Assembly (NCBI RefSeq): GCF_009914755.1
Contig: NC_060928.1
Length of the DNA stretch: 64,000 nt
DNA from: the human T2T-CHM13v2.0 reference genome, Homo sapiens
Direction: 5' to 3' (one strand)
Below, in pieces: positions 14,207-27,589 of this stretch. Within the stretch, counting starts at the first letter, position 1. Every line of letters begins with the position of its first letter. The position numbers were made by a program, and so were the translations under genes. Under the pieces are notes generated by a model, which saw only the letters and a list, made by a program, of their open reading frames with translations, was not told the DNA's origin and did not search any database.

Positions 14207-16630
14207 TACTTCTGTTGAAATTTGATGGAGACCATGGATGCACTTTTATACAGTGTTTCCCATAAAACCACCTACCACTTTCTCCCTTTGAAGTTGGTGG
14301 TGATAGTGATAAAAGTTTCTTGAGTTTTCAAACTAGTATGTTTCAGGTGTTCTGTAAAAGTCTGTTTTTTTGCCTATACTCTGAATTCCAAGAGAAAGAG
14401 TGATTTATATGACATAAAATGTTTGTCTTTATGTTTTTATAATATACTAAAACACTATAGTTAACCGTCATCCATTTACAGATTTTCCACAGCAATTTTT
14501 GAATCTTAAATAGGCATTTCTCTAGAATTTACTATGTTCTCAGGGCATATTGTAGTTTTATTAATAGTGTAAGCAAAATATAAATGATTAAAAGCTTTGA
14601 TGAATCATAATACATTGTAGAAGCAATAGTTAATTACTAGTAAGGCTGCTTTGGATTATCTGTCCCATTTTTCATACCCACTGAAACAGCTGGTTGATAT
14701 TTGGACTATTTGGATTTCCACTGTAGGGTAAGTAACACCGAGCTCAGGATGCGTGGAAGATGTCGTTGTAGCACAGACTGTAGGTCGCTCTGTCTGCACG
14801 TATGTTTCTCCTTAGATGAAGAGCCTGAACAGGCGGTCCTGTGACTCTTATCATAGTGTACCATATGATATGGTTCTCCCATCTCTCCCATACACACTTC
14901 ATAACCATAAGCTTGATGGTAATGGGAACTGTGTTATACTCATTTTCTTTCTACTGCACCTTTATGTTGGTGATAAGGGCTTAAAAATTTGTTCAGTTAA
15001 ATACTGGATTAATGGAAACGAAAGCCTTCTTAGTAGCTGAGCGTGTAAAGGAGGAGAACTTGGGTTCTGAAGTCTTCTGAGAATATTGTCTTGGGTTTTT
15101 CCATTGTAATTGGTAAATAAATTACTTTAGGGAAGTTAGCAGATAAGACCGTACTGAACAAGTGATCAGAGGTAGAAAGGACTAGATTCATGGGCACAGG
15201 GCTCACCTAATTCTATAGGTGATGCTTGCTTATATCTAAAGCATTATTTCTCTAAAACCAGTGAAAAACTTTGCATTTGCTTCTTTTAGCTCTTAGGTGG
15301 AGGGAGCTCTCACATTCTGGAAGAGGGGGTTGCTGCTATTTGTTCAGTTTCTCCTCCAAGGTGGCCAAATGAATGTTTGCAATTCCAGTCCAGTTTTTGG
15401 CAGATTGAAAAAGTCTGTCATTGATTGTCATATGAGAGTGGAATCTGGCCGATGTCAATGTTTGTTTCAGTGGTTAGATAAACTTTGATTTTTAGAAGTT
15501 ATTCTTTCAAATAACAGATTTCTGTAATGGAAAAAGGACAGGACCAAATTGCTTGTGAAGATATTTGAATAACATAGAACATTTTTATTTTAATAAGAAA
15601 TTCATGCATTGAAAAATTTGATGGATATTTGAACAGTTAATAAAAAGGGGAGTAAGGGTCTAAAATGGGAGGGAAACTTACTTTTTTGCTATAATATGCC
15701 ATTTTTTGAAATGGAATTTTTTGATTATGTGCCTGAATCCTTAATAAAAGAGTACATTCCATTCCTATCCATATCATATTAACCCAGAATAGGGTCATGT
15801 ATTTTACCAGAATACATTTCTCTGAAAATCCTATGCAGATACACTTTCAATTATTTTTTTTCCTTTATACAAAGATATATCTTGCCACCTGTTGGTCATA
15901 ATGCTGTCTTCTAGAGCCATGTAGAAATAACTCTCTTACCTACTGTCAGTTTTTATTTATTTTTGTTATTGTGGTTTTAAATTTGAAAACAGCAATTGGT
16001 TAAAACTAAAAGTAGTTGGCTCTCCTGCACTCCCTTGTACCCAGCTCACTCCTAAAGGTAACTACTTGTTCAGTTTCATTTATTTTTTTCTAGGCCTTTA
16101 AAAATGCACATGTATATACATAGACAGTTTTTGTTTCTATTTGTGTTTTTAGAAAGAGACCATACTATAGATACTTTTTACCACTTCTTACTGAACAGTT
16201 GTGGTATGGTTTTCTTTTCATGGTAGTATTGTACATGAAAGTCCATCTGTTTTTTCTTATTTTATTAACAGTTACATCATAGTCGAATGTATCATAATTT
16301 ATTTAATCATTCCATTATTGTTAGGCACCTGGGTTATTTAGAACACGAATATACTTGAACATAGATCTTTGTGTGTGTTCATCTGAGGGAGCTGTTTCCC
16401 CTGTGGCTCTCTCAAGCCGTGGCTGGTTTTTCCCATAAACCTTTTACCTCTTATTGCCACCTTCAGACCATTCTTCTACCATCCTCTATAAAAAACACCC
16501 AACTTCGACTATCATGTAAAATTATACCACTCATTACTCTTCCTTGTTAGTCATTTTCTGCCCCATTGCCCATATCGTTCACTCTAATTCCTACAAGATT
16601 TAACTCCTGGTTGTTATTCCCTTTATACTA

Positions 16631-17261
16631 TAGGTTGAGCGACCCTAATCTGAAAATTCAAAATGCTCCAAGATCCAAAACTTTTTGAGGACTGATATGG
16701 CACCACAAGTGGAAAATTCTGCACCTAACTTTATCTGACAGGTCACAGTCAAAACTTTTTTGTGCACAAAATTATTAAAATTATTTTATAAGATTGGCCA
16801 GGCATGGTGGTTCATGCCAGTAATCCCAACCCTTTGGGAGGCTGAAGCGGTGGATCACTTAGCCCAGAAGTTTGAGACCAGCTTGGGCAATGTGGCAAAA
16901 CCCTGTCACTAATAAAAATCCAAAAATTAGCCAGGCGAGATGGCACTTGCCCGTAGTCCCAGCTATTCAGGAGGCTGAGGTAGGAGGATCACTTGAACCT
17001 GGGAGGTCTAGGCTGCAGTGAGCCATGCCACTGCACTCCAGCGTGGGCAACAGAGCAAGACCATGTCTCAAGAAAAAAAGAAAAATTTCAGCCTATGTGC
17101 ATAAGGTGTAGATGAAACATACATTAATTTTATGTTTAGACTTGGGTCCCATCCCCAAGATATCTCATTTTATATATTCAGAATATTCCAACATCCAAAA
17201 ATACCTGGAATCTGAAACACCATCTGGTCCCAAGCATTTCAGATAAGGGATACTCAACCTG
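16631..17261. mobile_element. Tigger4 (Zombi)-type element interrupted by an Alu
   Basis: TIRs aggttgagcgaccct / agggatactcaacctg with TA duplications. Confidence 0.8.
16796..17085 (+). mobile_element. AluJ nested in Tigger4
   Basis: ggccaggcatggtgg...gaccatgtctc plus A tail. Confidence 0.9.
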
Positions 17262-17529
17262 TATTCCTGTACAGGAATTATGGACATTTAGTCCATAATT
17301 CTTGGACTACTTCTCCTCCAGTGGCCTTGTCTTTGGTCCTACCTCAGATATTCAATCTCTGGGTAGAAAGATTCCATAAAAAAAGAAGAAAAAAATCTCG
17401 CTCAGTCTTACAGTTCCCATAATACGGGTTTTCATACTTCTAAAAATTAAACAATTCTCCAACCTTACAGTTAATTATTTTCTTTATATAAGCAGTAAAG
17501 TATTATTTGTTCATGTCTGTACTTTGAGA

Positions 17530-18150
17530 ATATATCCAGAATCTGACGACTTCTGCCACGCTGGTTGAAATCTTTATCATCTTGTACCTTAACAATTGCC
17601 ATAGCTTCCTAACTGGTCTCCCTACCCACCACTCCCTACTTCGATCCCTGCGTCCTTCAGTATGTTCTCAACCCAGCAAGCCACAGTAATTCTATTAAAC
17701 TCTAAGTTGGATGATGGCTCTCCTCTGCTCAGATCTCCCAGTGTTTCCATCTCAATTTGGGTCAAAAGCTCTGAAGTCTCTGTGGGTCCCGCACATACCT
17801 TCCCCTGTGACCTCTCTGGCCTCATCTCTCATTTCTCTCCCCTCACTCCATTCCAGCCTCAGTGAGGACTCCTTGCCATTCCTTGAACATCTCAGGATCA
17901 TTCTTGCCAAATGGCTCAAATGGCTTTTGCAATTGCCCTTCTCTCTGCTTGGAATGCCCTTCCCCAGATAATTCCTTTCAGGGGGCTGTTCAGATACCAC
18001 ATTCACGACGAGGCTTTCCCTGACCACCAGAATGTAGGCCCCACCAAGGCACAGAAACAGACTTTGAAAAACTTTTTGTGTCTCTTTCAGTGCTGCGTTT
18101 CTAGTGCTTAGAATAGTGCCTGGCATGTGATAGCTGTTTGTTGAGTGAAT
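17530..18150 (-). mobile_element. L2 3' fragment
   Basis: tagcttcctaactggtctccct...ttggaatgcccttcccc...tagtgcctggca...tttgttgagtgaa. Confidence 0.7.
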
Positions 18151-18682
18151 TGAATAACTGTAGTGGTTACTAGTTTTTCTCTTTTTGTATGAAGTTAGAA
18201 CTTCATTAAACAGACAAAAACTAGACTGTAAACCTCATTTTTTTGGATATGCAAAATATTAAAATTAGCCTTATTTGTGAACCTGCTTTGTTAATCACTT
18301 TGTTTTTCAGCATGTTATAATTTTGAAGTAAGCCTTTCATGTTTATATTTAATCTGCCTAACCCAGTGGATTGGGTGATGGTATCACAATTTTGTGGAAA
18401 AGCAAATTGAGGCTCAGAGTTGTTTTCTTCAAAGTACAGCTACTAAGTGGACAGCTGCAGTTCAAACCTATTCAAGTTAAGGACACTTGTTTTCTAATTT
18501 AGAAACCATCTTAAAATGACAAAAAAGTAGGTAGAGGTTTTATTTGAAAGCATGGAGAATGTGCCCCAATTTCTCATTCTGGGTTTTGTCTGCCTTTTGT
18601 TTCCATTTTCAAAATATGTAAAATAAATGGTTAACTTTAAAATTCCTGACAATGACAGATCAACAAGTTTTATTTCTCTCAC

Positions 18683-18942
18683 CTGTGGAGGAAGTGGCCT
18701 CCACCCAGTTTTACTGAATTAGGAGGGAAGTGATTTTTTCAAGTGATAAAAAGAAATAAAATTCCATGCTCTTCCCAGAGGAGGAGTTCAACAATTGGGA
18801 AAGTGGCGTGAGACCATATGTTGGTTTGTAAAAGGATATAACTTGTAAAGATGTTTCCTTTGATGCCTGTGATGAATATGGATGTGTTTCCCTTCTAGAG
18901 GGTCCTGATTAAATTATGCAATTAAGAGCTGAGCTGAAGGAT
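18683..18942 (-). ncRNA. Candidate exon of an antisense lncRNA (possibly SMAD1-AS2)
   Basis: Minus-strand acceptor ctctcttcctatatttag| and donor CAG|gtgaga bracket 260 nt of non-repeat sequence; antisense lncRNAs at SMAD1 recalled but not verified. Confidence 0.35.
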
Positions 18943-21093
18943 CTAAATATAGGAAGAGAGTTCAGGCCGTCCTGCTTTGTGTCTGTCAGTTCACCCCTAC
19001 AGATGTGCATGTTTGTTGTCATAAACAGCACCTGTGAGATCAGTGGAGCGAGAGAAATATGTTCCAAAACATGAAATACAGCAGGATTTTTGTTTCTTTT
19101 TTTTTTTTTAAAGGGATAGTTTTTTCCTCCTGTAGTTGATTCCATTTTCATCTGTGAATTTGATATTTGGATTACCTTTTTTTTTTTAAACTTGACTGAG
19201 GGACTTCAGTATTAGTCAGTACTGGTTTAAAATATAGATATACTACTTACCAGAATATGGTCTGGAGAAAGTTACTTTAACCTCTGAGCCTCAAGTTTAT
19301 TACTAAAATTGAGATAATGATTTCTACCTTGAAGGATTGGTGTGAGGAGTCAATGTAATAATGTTTGTAAAAACAACCAGTATAATGCTTGTATAAGTTG
19401 GTAACTCAAACAATTTCGTTTATTAGCTACTGACGAATCATTCATAACTAGCCACTTACGGAAATCTACCACATTTAGCATTCTTTGTAGTCTAAAATTG
19501 CTATTTTAGGATAACTGACTCAAAGAGAATAGTTTTTTCTGAGACAACTACCATAGACTTTCTCCTGGGATAGTCAATAAAATTAAATCTTAAAATGTCT
19601 GTGGTCTTCAATCTTTCCTGTGTTTGAGGAGTGAGCATTTGTAGGCCAGGAGTCTTTACAGTGTTTGAGTTGACATGAATGTGAATGGCCTTTATCAGGA
19701 TGAGCTTATGGGGAGCTGGACATCTTGAAAGGCTACCGTGTCCTGAAGGACAGTATGCCATTACAAGCATGAATTTGGGAATGGGGGTTCAATGGGATTA
19801 AGGAATGTTGTACAACTTTTAGAGGAAATGGCAAGAAGATATAGAAAAGCCAACTTTGTTTGTTGAAGTTGGGGACAATAAGAAAACTTTCAATTGCCTT
19901 AACTATTCAAGTAATCATCTAATCAGACAAAACAGATGTGACAGCTGCTATTTTATAGGGAATCTCTGTGATTAAGAAAAATTAACCAGGTACTCTATTA
20001 GCAGCCTAGATTTGTCAGGATGGAAGGATTTGTGTATGCAGAACAGAACCAGAAAGAACTCTTTTTAAAGAATTTTCTGATATAATGAAGATACGTTAAT
20101 AGCACACTTGGCACACCTAAAATAAATAAACTACAGTTATATCCTTAGAGACTCTTGTCATTCTGACATCCATAAGTTCCTTGCTTCCTTTTCATCAAGG
20201 AGATGCTACTTTTGAAATTGTTTGGCTGAAATTTCACAGCTTCAGTGAACTTACAAGTGGTAAGTAGTAAGCTGGAATTCAGTCTACATGGTATTCCTTT
20301 TCTTTTTGATTCCTAAGATTTCTACTCACTTAACACTGTTGAGGGACCAAATTGCATCTCTTGCTGGCATGTCACTTAAGTTATACTGGAGAGACTGGAA
20401 GACTTGCTGTCAGTGTCTGCGCTTTAAACGCACAGTGTCTGCGCTTTAAAGGCAATAGTACCTGCATTATTGCATCACTATAAATAGAATTTCACGAACT
20501 GAACCTCTCTCCTATCTCCAACCCCCAATTTCTCCAGATTTAGAAAATCAGTCTCCGGCAAAAATAAATTTTCAGTGGGAAAAATGTCAAACTAGCTATT
20601 CTGCATCATCAGTCCCATGTTTGGAAGTAGCCAGATCAAGGCTGAATAGTAAGAGGCTCAGTAAGATGGAACTTTACTTGTGGTGTTTGTGATGGTAGGA
20701 CTCTCCTGCTGCTGTGAACTGAGAGCAGCAGAGTTCTGTGTTCTCTGTGGGTCTCCGTATGGCTTTCTTGTGTAGGAATTTGGTTTAAATACATTTTTCC
20801 CCTAAGGACTAAAGCGAAATAGAGTTCATTATAGCCTTTTTAGCAATGAAGTTAAGCGCTGTACTTTATGAAGTACGTTAGCATCAGTAAAGAGCAAGGT
20901 TTTATCCATTTTCATTTTTCTTTCTGTTCTAGAGGTTTTTTCCTCCCTTATTTTGCTTAGTGGTGAGTTTTATTTAGCTAAATTTGACTCATTTGAGATT
21001 GAGACAAATGTTGAAAGTTGAGGGCTAACTGCTGTTTTAAAACAGGAAAAAGGAATGCAGGCACTTCACCTGTTTCCTCCTCCAATACAAATA

Positions 21094-21671
21094 CAGCAGG
21101 TCCTCAGACAACCTCATTTCATTCAATGCCATTTCCTTATAACGTTGATGAGAAAAAACATTCCCAGCCTAGGCCACTGTCTGTGTGGAGTTTGCACATT
21201 CTCCCCATGTCTGCTTGGGTTTTCTCTGGCTACTCTAGTTTCCTCCCATATCCCAAAGGTGTGCACGTTAGGTGAATTAGTATGTCTACATTGTCCCCAT
21301 TGCAGTGCATGTAGGTGTGTGTGTGAGTGCGCCCTGCCATGAAATGGTGTCCTGTCCAGGGGTGGTTCCCACCTTGTGCCCTAAGCTGCTGGGATCGGCT
21401 CGGGCCACTGCGACCCTGAATTGGAATAATTGGGTAAATAATTATCTTGTTTCTGTTCATCTTTCTTAAATGTATATATGGCTCACATTTATTTCAGTGT
21501 TAATTTTAGAAGTGTTTTGGGTCTCAGAAGTTTGGTAATGTTTTTGTGACCAGAAATGTCCTGAAGGAACTTAACTCTTGTTTATATAAATTAGCTGATG
21601 CTAAAATTAATTTTGTTTTACATCGTTTCACTTAGAGCCACAGTTTCCAAGAACCCGTAAGGACTTTACTG
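21094..21671. mobile_element. MER6/MER6A Tigger element containing a V-SINE segment
   Basis: TA|cagcaggtcct...aggactttactg|TA ends; internal tgtgtggagtttgcacattctcccc...tttcctccca core. Confidence 0.82.
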
Positions 21672-22897
21672 TATCTGAAAACCTGGTTAGCTCCTAACTG
21701 GAGTAACTGGGTTAAAGAAGCATTTGAACATTATTTGTTGAACCAGATCAAAGAACATTGCTACTTTAGGGTATTTTCTGGAACTGAAATAACTAGATCC
21801 ATTTCTGTTTTTATATTCATTGTAATGGCATTGGACTTGTATAGCAAATTTTAACTTGTCTTTTGCCTGTCTGCCTTAACCTTAAGGGTAGATATTTATC
21901 ATTTTCCTTAAGGAGCTGTACAATAATCTTTCATGCTTTTTGTTAGGAACCATTTACAATTCCTACTGTCTGCTACTTATCGTTGTGTTCTACTTGTTCT
22001 AGAGTTCTGTCTCCACCTGTCTTCATTTTTAGGGGTACTGTTTTTTAGGGGTACTATTTCTCTGTTTGGAAATGTGAGCGGATGGCAGTTTCTGCCTCAG
22101 CCCTCTTGCTGGGCCATTGTCTCATGTGGGTTGTCTGCTGTTCCACATTTAAGTAATAGTTATTTCAGCTTTATCAAAAGTTTGTAAGTTCCCAGTTCTT
22201 CTGGACTTCTGATTAATTCAGCCTGATTTTATTTAGGGCAAATGATTATGATCCCCTTTCCATTTTGTGAATTTTTCATATTTTACCAATAAATCTCATT
22301 GCAATTCTTTGCTTACAAGATGGCTTGAAAGATGCAAGCAATGATGGATTGCTCTTTATTGTTTTAAAATATTTATTGGCCTTAAATTGCTGAAATAATA
22401 TGGTTTTTCCAACCTTTGTGTTTTTATGCATTTTTAACCCTACGTCTTTAGTGTATAATCTTCTGTGAGTCTGTGGTTTCTATAAGTGTCAGGAATTTTT
22501 CAGGTGTCTTTATTATCCTTTGAAATCATGATCTATTTGGACAATTCCATCTTTGTTTGGACTATACAGTTGACTTGAGTACCTAAGTGAAATGGAGCAG
22601 GTTAGAAAAAAGTAGCTTGTTTTATAGTAATGAGAATTACATTACAAGTCCCCTGGCATGTTCCCCTTTGACCTTTTTTGATGTTTTAATTTAAGCATCT
22701 CAAACAAGGCAAGAGTTGATCTCACCAGGCCTTGAATCCTATCCAAAATTGGATGTTAGGATAGATGACACATACATTTCTGTAATACTAATTAATATTG
22801 CCAGTTAATATTGATCACTTTCTACAACATGTCTCTGAGATATCTTGCATCTCCATGGCATCTAATGAGGTGTATTGTGAAATAGTTTCATATATTA

Positions 22898-23087
<190 letters not shown>

Positions 23088-23302
23088 TGCTGAACTACAA
23101 AATTCATGCAGTTTGCTTATAATCACTCTGAAGCCCACCATAGGTCTACTCTGGAAGCTCAAGTCTTACTTTTTCTGTGTATTCACAAGACCAGTCTATC
23201 TGTTTAAGAATATATCTGGCGATGTAAGTCTGGAAATACGCACTTAGGTGGTTTTGTTACTTAGAAATATTTGTTTCCAAAAAGGAAAAAAAAGGTCAAA
23301 CA

Positions 23303-23594
23303 ATTTTTTTTTTTTTGAGGCGGAGTCTCAATCTGTCACCCAGGCTGGAGTGCAATGGCACAATCTTGGCTTACTGCAACCTCCACCTCCCTGTTCAAGT
23401 GATTCTCTTGCCTCAGCCTCCCAAGTAGCTGGGTCTAAAGGTGTACACCACTATGCCCGGCTTATTTTTGTATTTTTAGTAGATACAGGGTTTCACCATG
23501 TTGGCCAGGCTGATCTTGAACTCTTGACTGGTGATCCCCCCTCCTCGGTCTCCCAAAGTGCTGGGATTACAGGTGTGAGCCACCAAGCCTGGCC
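23303..23594 (-). mobile_element. AluS
   Basis: Full-length reverse dimer. Confidence 0.92.
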
Positions 23595-25769
23595 GATCAA
23601 ACAGAATTTTTATAAAGTTGTCTTTAAAAAAAAGAAAAAAAAAGTATCCAGCTGTTAAACATTTTCAAAGTGAAGTTAATCAATACCCTGTACTTTTAGT
23701 TCCTTAATTCTTTTGATCTTTGTGCCATGATTTTTTACTATTAGTTAAGAAAGTGTAATGAACCAAAGAACAAGAAGTAGGGGGAGAAAAGAGTTGCCTG
23801 CTTCATTTGACAATAGACCATTTATCTTCTGTTATTTGCCTTTCTTAAAGTACGGAGAGTTTTTGGATTTTTTTCCCCCAGTCACTTTTTGTAGCCTGTA
23901 TTTTTTGTTTATTTTATTGAATAATACAATTATTCCCTCAATATTTAATGGGAGCATTTATTTTGTCTGCTGAATTCCATACTGGTGCAAGAATTATAAA
24001 ACAGCCTCTAGTCTGAAGCTGATACAGAGAGTGGTTGAACATTATTTGTCTCCTAATCTTTTTATTAAAGGGGGTTGTAACATTTGGTGGTTACTCCTTC
24101 CTTTAAAAAACAATTATATCTTCATATACAAATTAGGGTAATTAAAAAAAAACTTTCTGTGGGAATTTGGGATCTGTAACATATTAAATGGAAGAGAGTG
24201 TATTTTGTTGATATTCACAGGAGTTGGATAATTTACTTGTTGCTTTACTAGATGAGGCCAAGGTGAAGAAAATGCCCATTTGTTCTGCAATTGGCTGATT
24301 AGGCTTCCTTTAAATATAAAGCAAGTTACATAGCAGTTAAGAGTATTTTAACATTTTTTTCTTTTAATATTAAGGAATAACACATAAGTTGGAAAATTAA
24401 TTAGCCGTGTCGAGTAGTATAAGAGTATTTTTCTAATTTCACTTCTGGCAGTTCTGATAGAAATCCTTCCCATGGGTGAGACTCCTTAGGAAAACGTTCT
24501 GAGTTCAGAACACTGCTTTAAACTACATTATATTTTTTTTGCTTCTCAAACCAGATCACACTATAAATCCAACCTGATTTCTAAGTAGAGTATAGATGTG
24601 GCTTGAGATAATGAATTGATTTTTGTGGGTTTTTTTTTTTTGTAATTAGCAAATATTTGCTTCGAAAACCTTTTTATAAAAAATCGGAAGTTACATTTTT
24701 TCATTAAAGAACGTTTGAAAAGTTTAGAAAAGGAGGAGAGAGACACATTACTAATCTTCCAAACCCAGTCATGGTTAATATTTTCATATATTTACATAGT
24801 TGTTCATGGTACATATAACCAACCATTTTATGTTCTGCGTACAGTTTTCCCCAAATTATTACGTAGTCTTTATGAACATAATTTTTAAGGTCTGTATAAT
24901 ATTCCATTGAGTGGATGTATGCAGTTTACTTAGGTATTTTTCAATTATTAGATGTTTCTCTTTTTTTCCCTATTATAAATAATGCTCTGATGAAAATCTT
25001 TGTGCAAAAACAATTTTCCCTTTCTGGTTCAGAATATTTCCTTAGAGTAAATTTCTGAAGATAAAGTTGCTGGAATAAAGATCTCAATATTTTTAAGGCT
25101 GCTGGGTTTTTTTTTTTTTACTAGATGAATACTTTTTTGTTAGTGTGAAATGTTTATATTTGGACAAGAGGGAAGGAAATCTCTGTTTGCTGACTCATGT
25201 TTTTATTTTGCACTTTAAACTGATAAGGCCACTTAGCTTTTGACATAAACTAAGGCAGGAAGTACAAAAAGGGGCAGAAAAAAAGTAGTTGTCTTGCCAA
25301 GGCCATAGTATCATGGACTCATTTGAGTTCCTTATATGAGGTAGGTTACCTGTTTGACTTGTATATTAAAAAATGCTTAACTCAGGTAAAAATTAGTCAT
25401 CAGCCTGCATTTTGTTTTGTCTGGGCATGTTTATATGCAAAGTGCTGTGATCTTTCACTTTAATTTTCGTGAGTGGCCTCAAGACATTTACCACCTAACT
25501 GGCTTCTATAATGTTTGGATGCCCTTGGTTTAGATTTTTTTTTTTTTTTTGCTCCCAGTATGAAGAAATCTTTCTGTATTGAAGATATTACCTTAGTTGT
25601 CTTTCTAAAATGTAGATCTAATAATGCTAATTCTCAGATTTAAAACCTTCCACTTGTCCATATGATAAGATTCTTCAGTCTTGCCCCTTCCTTCATATCA
25701 GCTTGTATCATCATCTCCAGCGGATTAAACCCTAGCATTTCTATCATGTGTCTGTTGGAACAAGCCATT

Positions 25770-26040
25770 TGGAAAAGTGGTTTAAAAATTCTGGCTCTAG
25801 AGCCAGGCAAAATGGGTTCAGATCCAGGTTCTGCCACTTATAGCTGTCTACATAACTTTGGACAAGATACTCAACTATTCTATATTTTATTTTCCTTACA
25901 TGTAAAATAAAGAAAATGATAGTATTTACTTCACAGTAAATACTAAGGTATTGTTGCTAAGATTAAACTGGTTAATAGATAAACAGCAGTGAACAGTGTT
26001 TGTCAAGTAATGAACACACAAAATGTTTGCTCTATTGTTT
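25770..26040 (+). mobile_element. MIR
   Basis: ggctctagagccagg..tgggttcagatccaggttctgccactta..tgtaaaat pattern. Confidence 0.7.
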
Positions 26041-26141
26041 TGCAAAATTCTACTTATCCTTTAAGTCTGATGTTTTCTCTTGGAAAAAAATGTTCTGAAA
26101 TCTCTGGAATTGTTCTTTCCTTTTCCGTTTTTATATATTAT

Positions 26142-26468
26142 TGTCTTAGTTTGTAGGCCGCTATAACAAAATACCATATAGACTGAGTGGCTTATAAACA
26201 ACAGAAATTTATTTCTCAAAGTTACAGTAACTGGGAAATCCAAGATCAAGGTACCTGGATGGCCTCTTCTCTCTGTAACCTCATATGGTGGAAGGGAGGA
26301 GAGATCTCTCTGGGATCTCTTTTATGAGGGCACTAATTCCATTTATGGGAGCTCCGTCCTCATGACCTAATCACCTCCCAAAGGACTCACCTTCTAATTC
26401 TGTCACCTTTGGGGTTAGGATTTCAACATGTGAATTTAGGGAGGGGATACAAATATTCAGACCAGAGT
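26142..26468 (-). mobile_element. MaLR LTR (MLT1A/MST-like)
   Basis: tgtcttagt..gctataacaaaatacca..agactgagtggcttataaacaacagaaatttatttctc..ggttaggatttcaacat. Confidence 0.8.
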
Positions 26469-27589
26469 GTTGTTGATACTTGTTTTATAGCCTTTATCAC
26501 ATGATATTAGAGTAAGTTAATAGTAGGTAAATGCACAGCACATGGGCCTCTTCTTCGGTTATTCTTGTGCCCATGGGCAATGGTATAATCGTATTATTTC
26601 TTCTGACTGAGTCCCTGGAAGGTCACCTAATAAAACATCTCAGCAAAGTCCTTTAGAATTAGCATGCAGGTTAGCAATTTGCTTTATGGGAGTTAGTTGT
26701 TTACACACTGGCTTTCCCAATGGATTGTGAGCTCCTCCAGTATGTTAGACATGTTTGCTTCTGTGTCTCCTGTGTCTAGCACTGTGCTAGGCATACTTAG
26801 CAGGTGCTTAATACAGCTTTGTTGAATGAATGTCGATTTGAATAGTTAAAACAAAAATCTGAAATGGTGGTTCTTATATAATACGTTGCCCAACACTTGC
26901 CTTAAATAAATACCCCCAAGTGATTTTGGGGGTATTTGTTTAAATGTATTTGTTATATATTTTAAAATAGCCCCAAGTTATTTTGATGCAAACTTAGCCA
27001 TTCTGTTTAAAAATTATTGCTTAAAATGTTAAAAAGCTGTTTTTGAAGAAGAGATGGACATATAGAATATGAAGAAATACACTCCCTCTATAAATTATTC
27101 CCAGAAGCCTAGAAAAAAGTTCTTGTTCTTTTGCAAAACTAACCTTTTAGTAAAAGGAAATTATCATATCAATAGGTACACTCTGACCAAGTGTGACTTT
27201 TGATAATAGCATAGTTTTGTTTTCTCTTTCCTTTAATGTTAAATGAAAATAATACCAACTTCAAAAAAACTAGTAAATTTGGGTGAACTCTTTAAAAAGG
27301 AAAACAGCGGACACCCTGTGGCCTCCCAAATAGAGTTGACGCTCCGTATTTGGCTTTCTAAGTTCTTCAAGGAGCTAAATTATTCATCAGGCATTTAGTG
27401 AGAATCAGCTATGTGCCAGGTACTATGCCAAGTTCCAAAGGTAAGAAAATAATAAGTTGGAGTCCTACATTGTTTCCTGTAGTGAAGATGACAGATGTGT
27501 AGATTATCACAATGTAGCTATAGACATGCACCGTTTGCCATGACAGCTATTTATAATAATTATAATTTTTAATTTCTGAGGCTAACGAT

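Noticed and set aside
23248-23658. 136-aa ORF and similar ORFs near 8462, 11312-11864, 37853-38727, 39615, 42980-44018 and 60090
   Set aside because: Translations of Alu sequence (e.g. [15 protein letters not shown]), not genes
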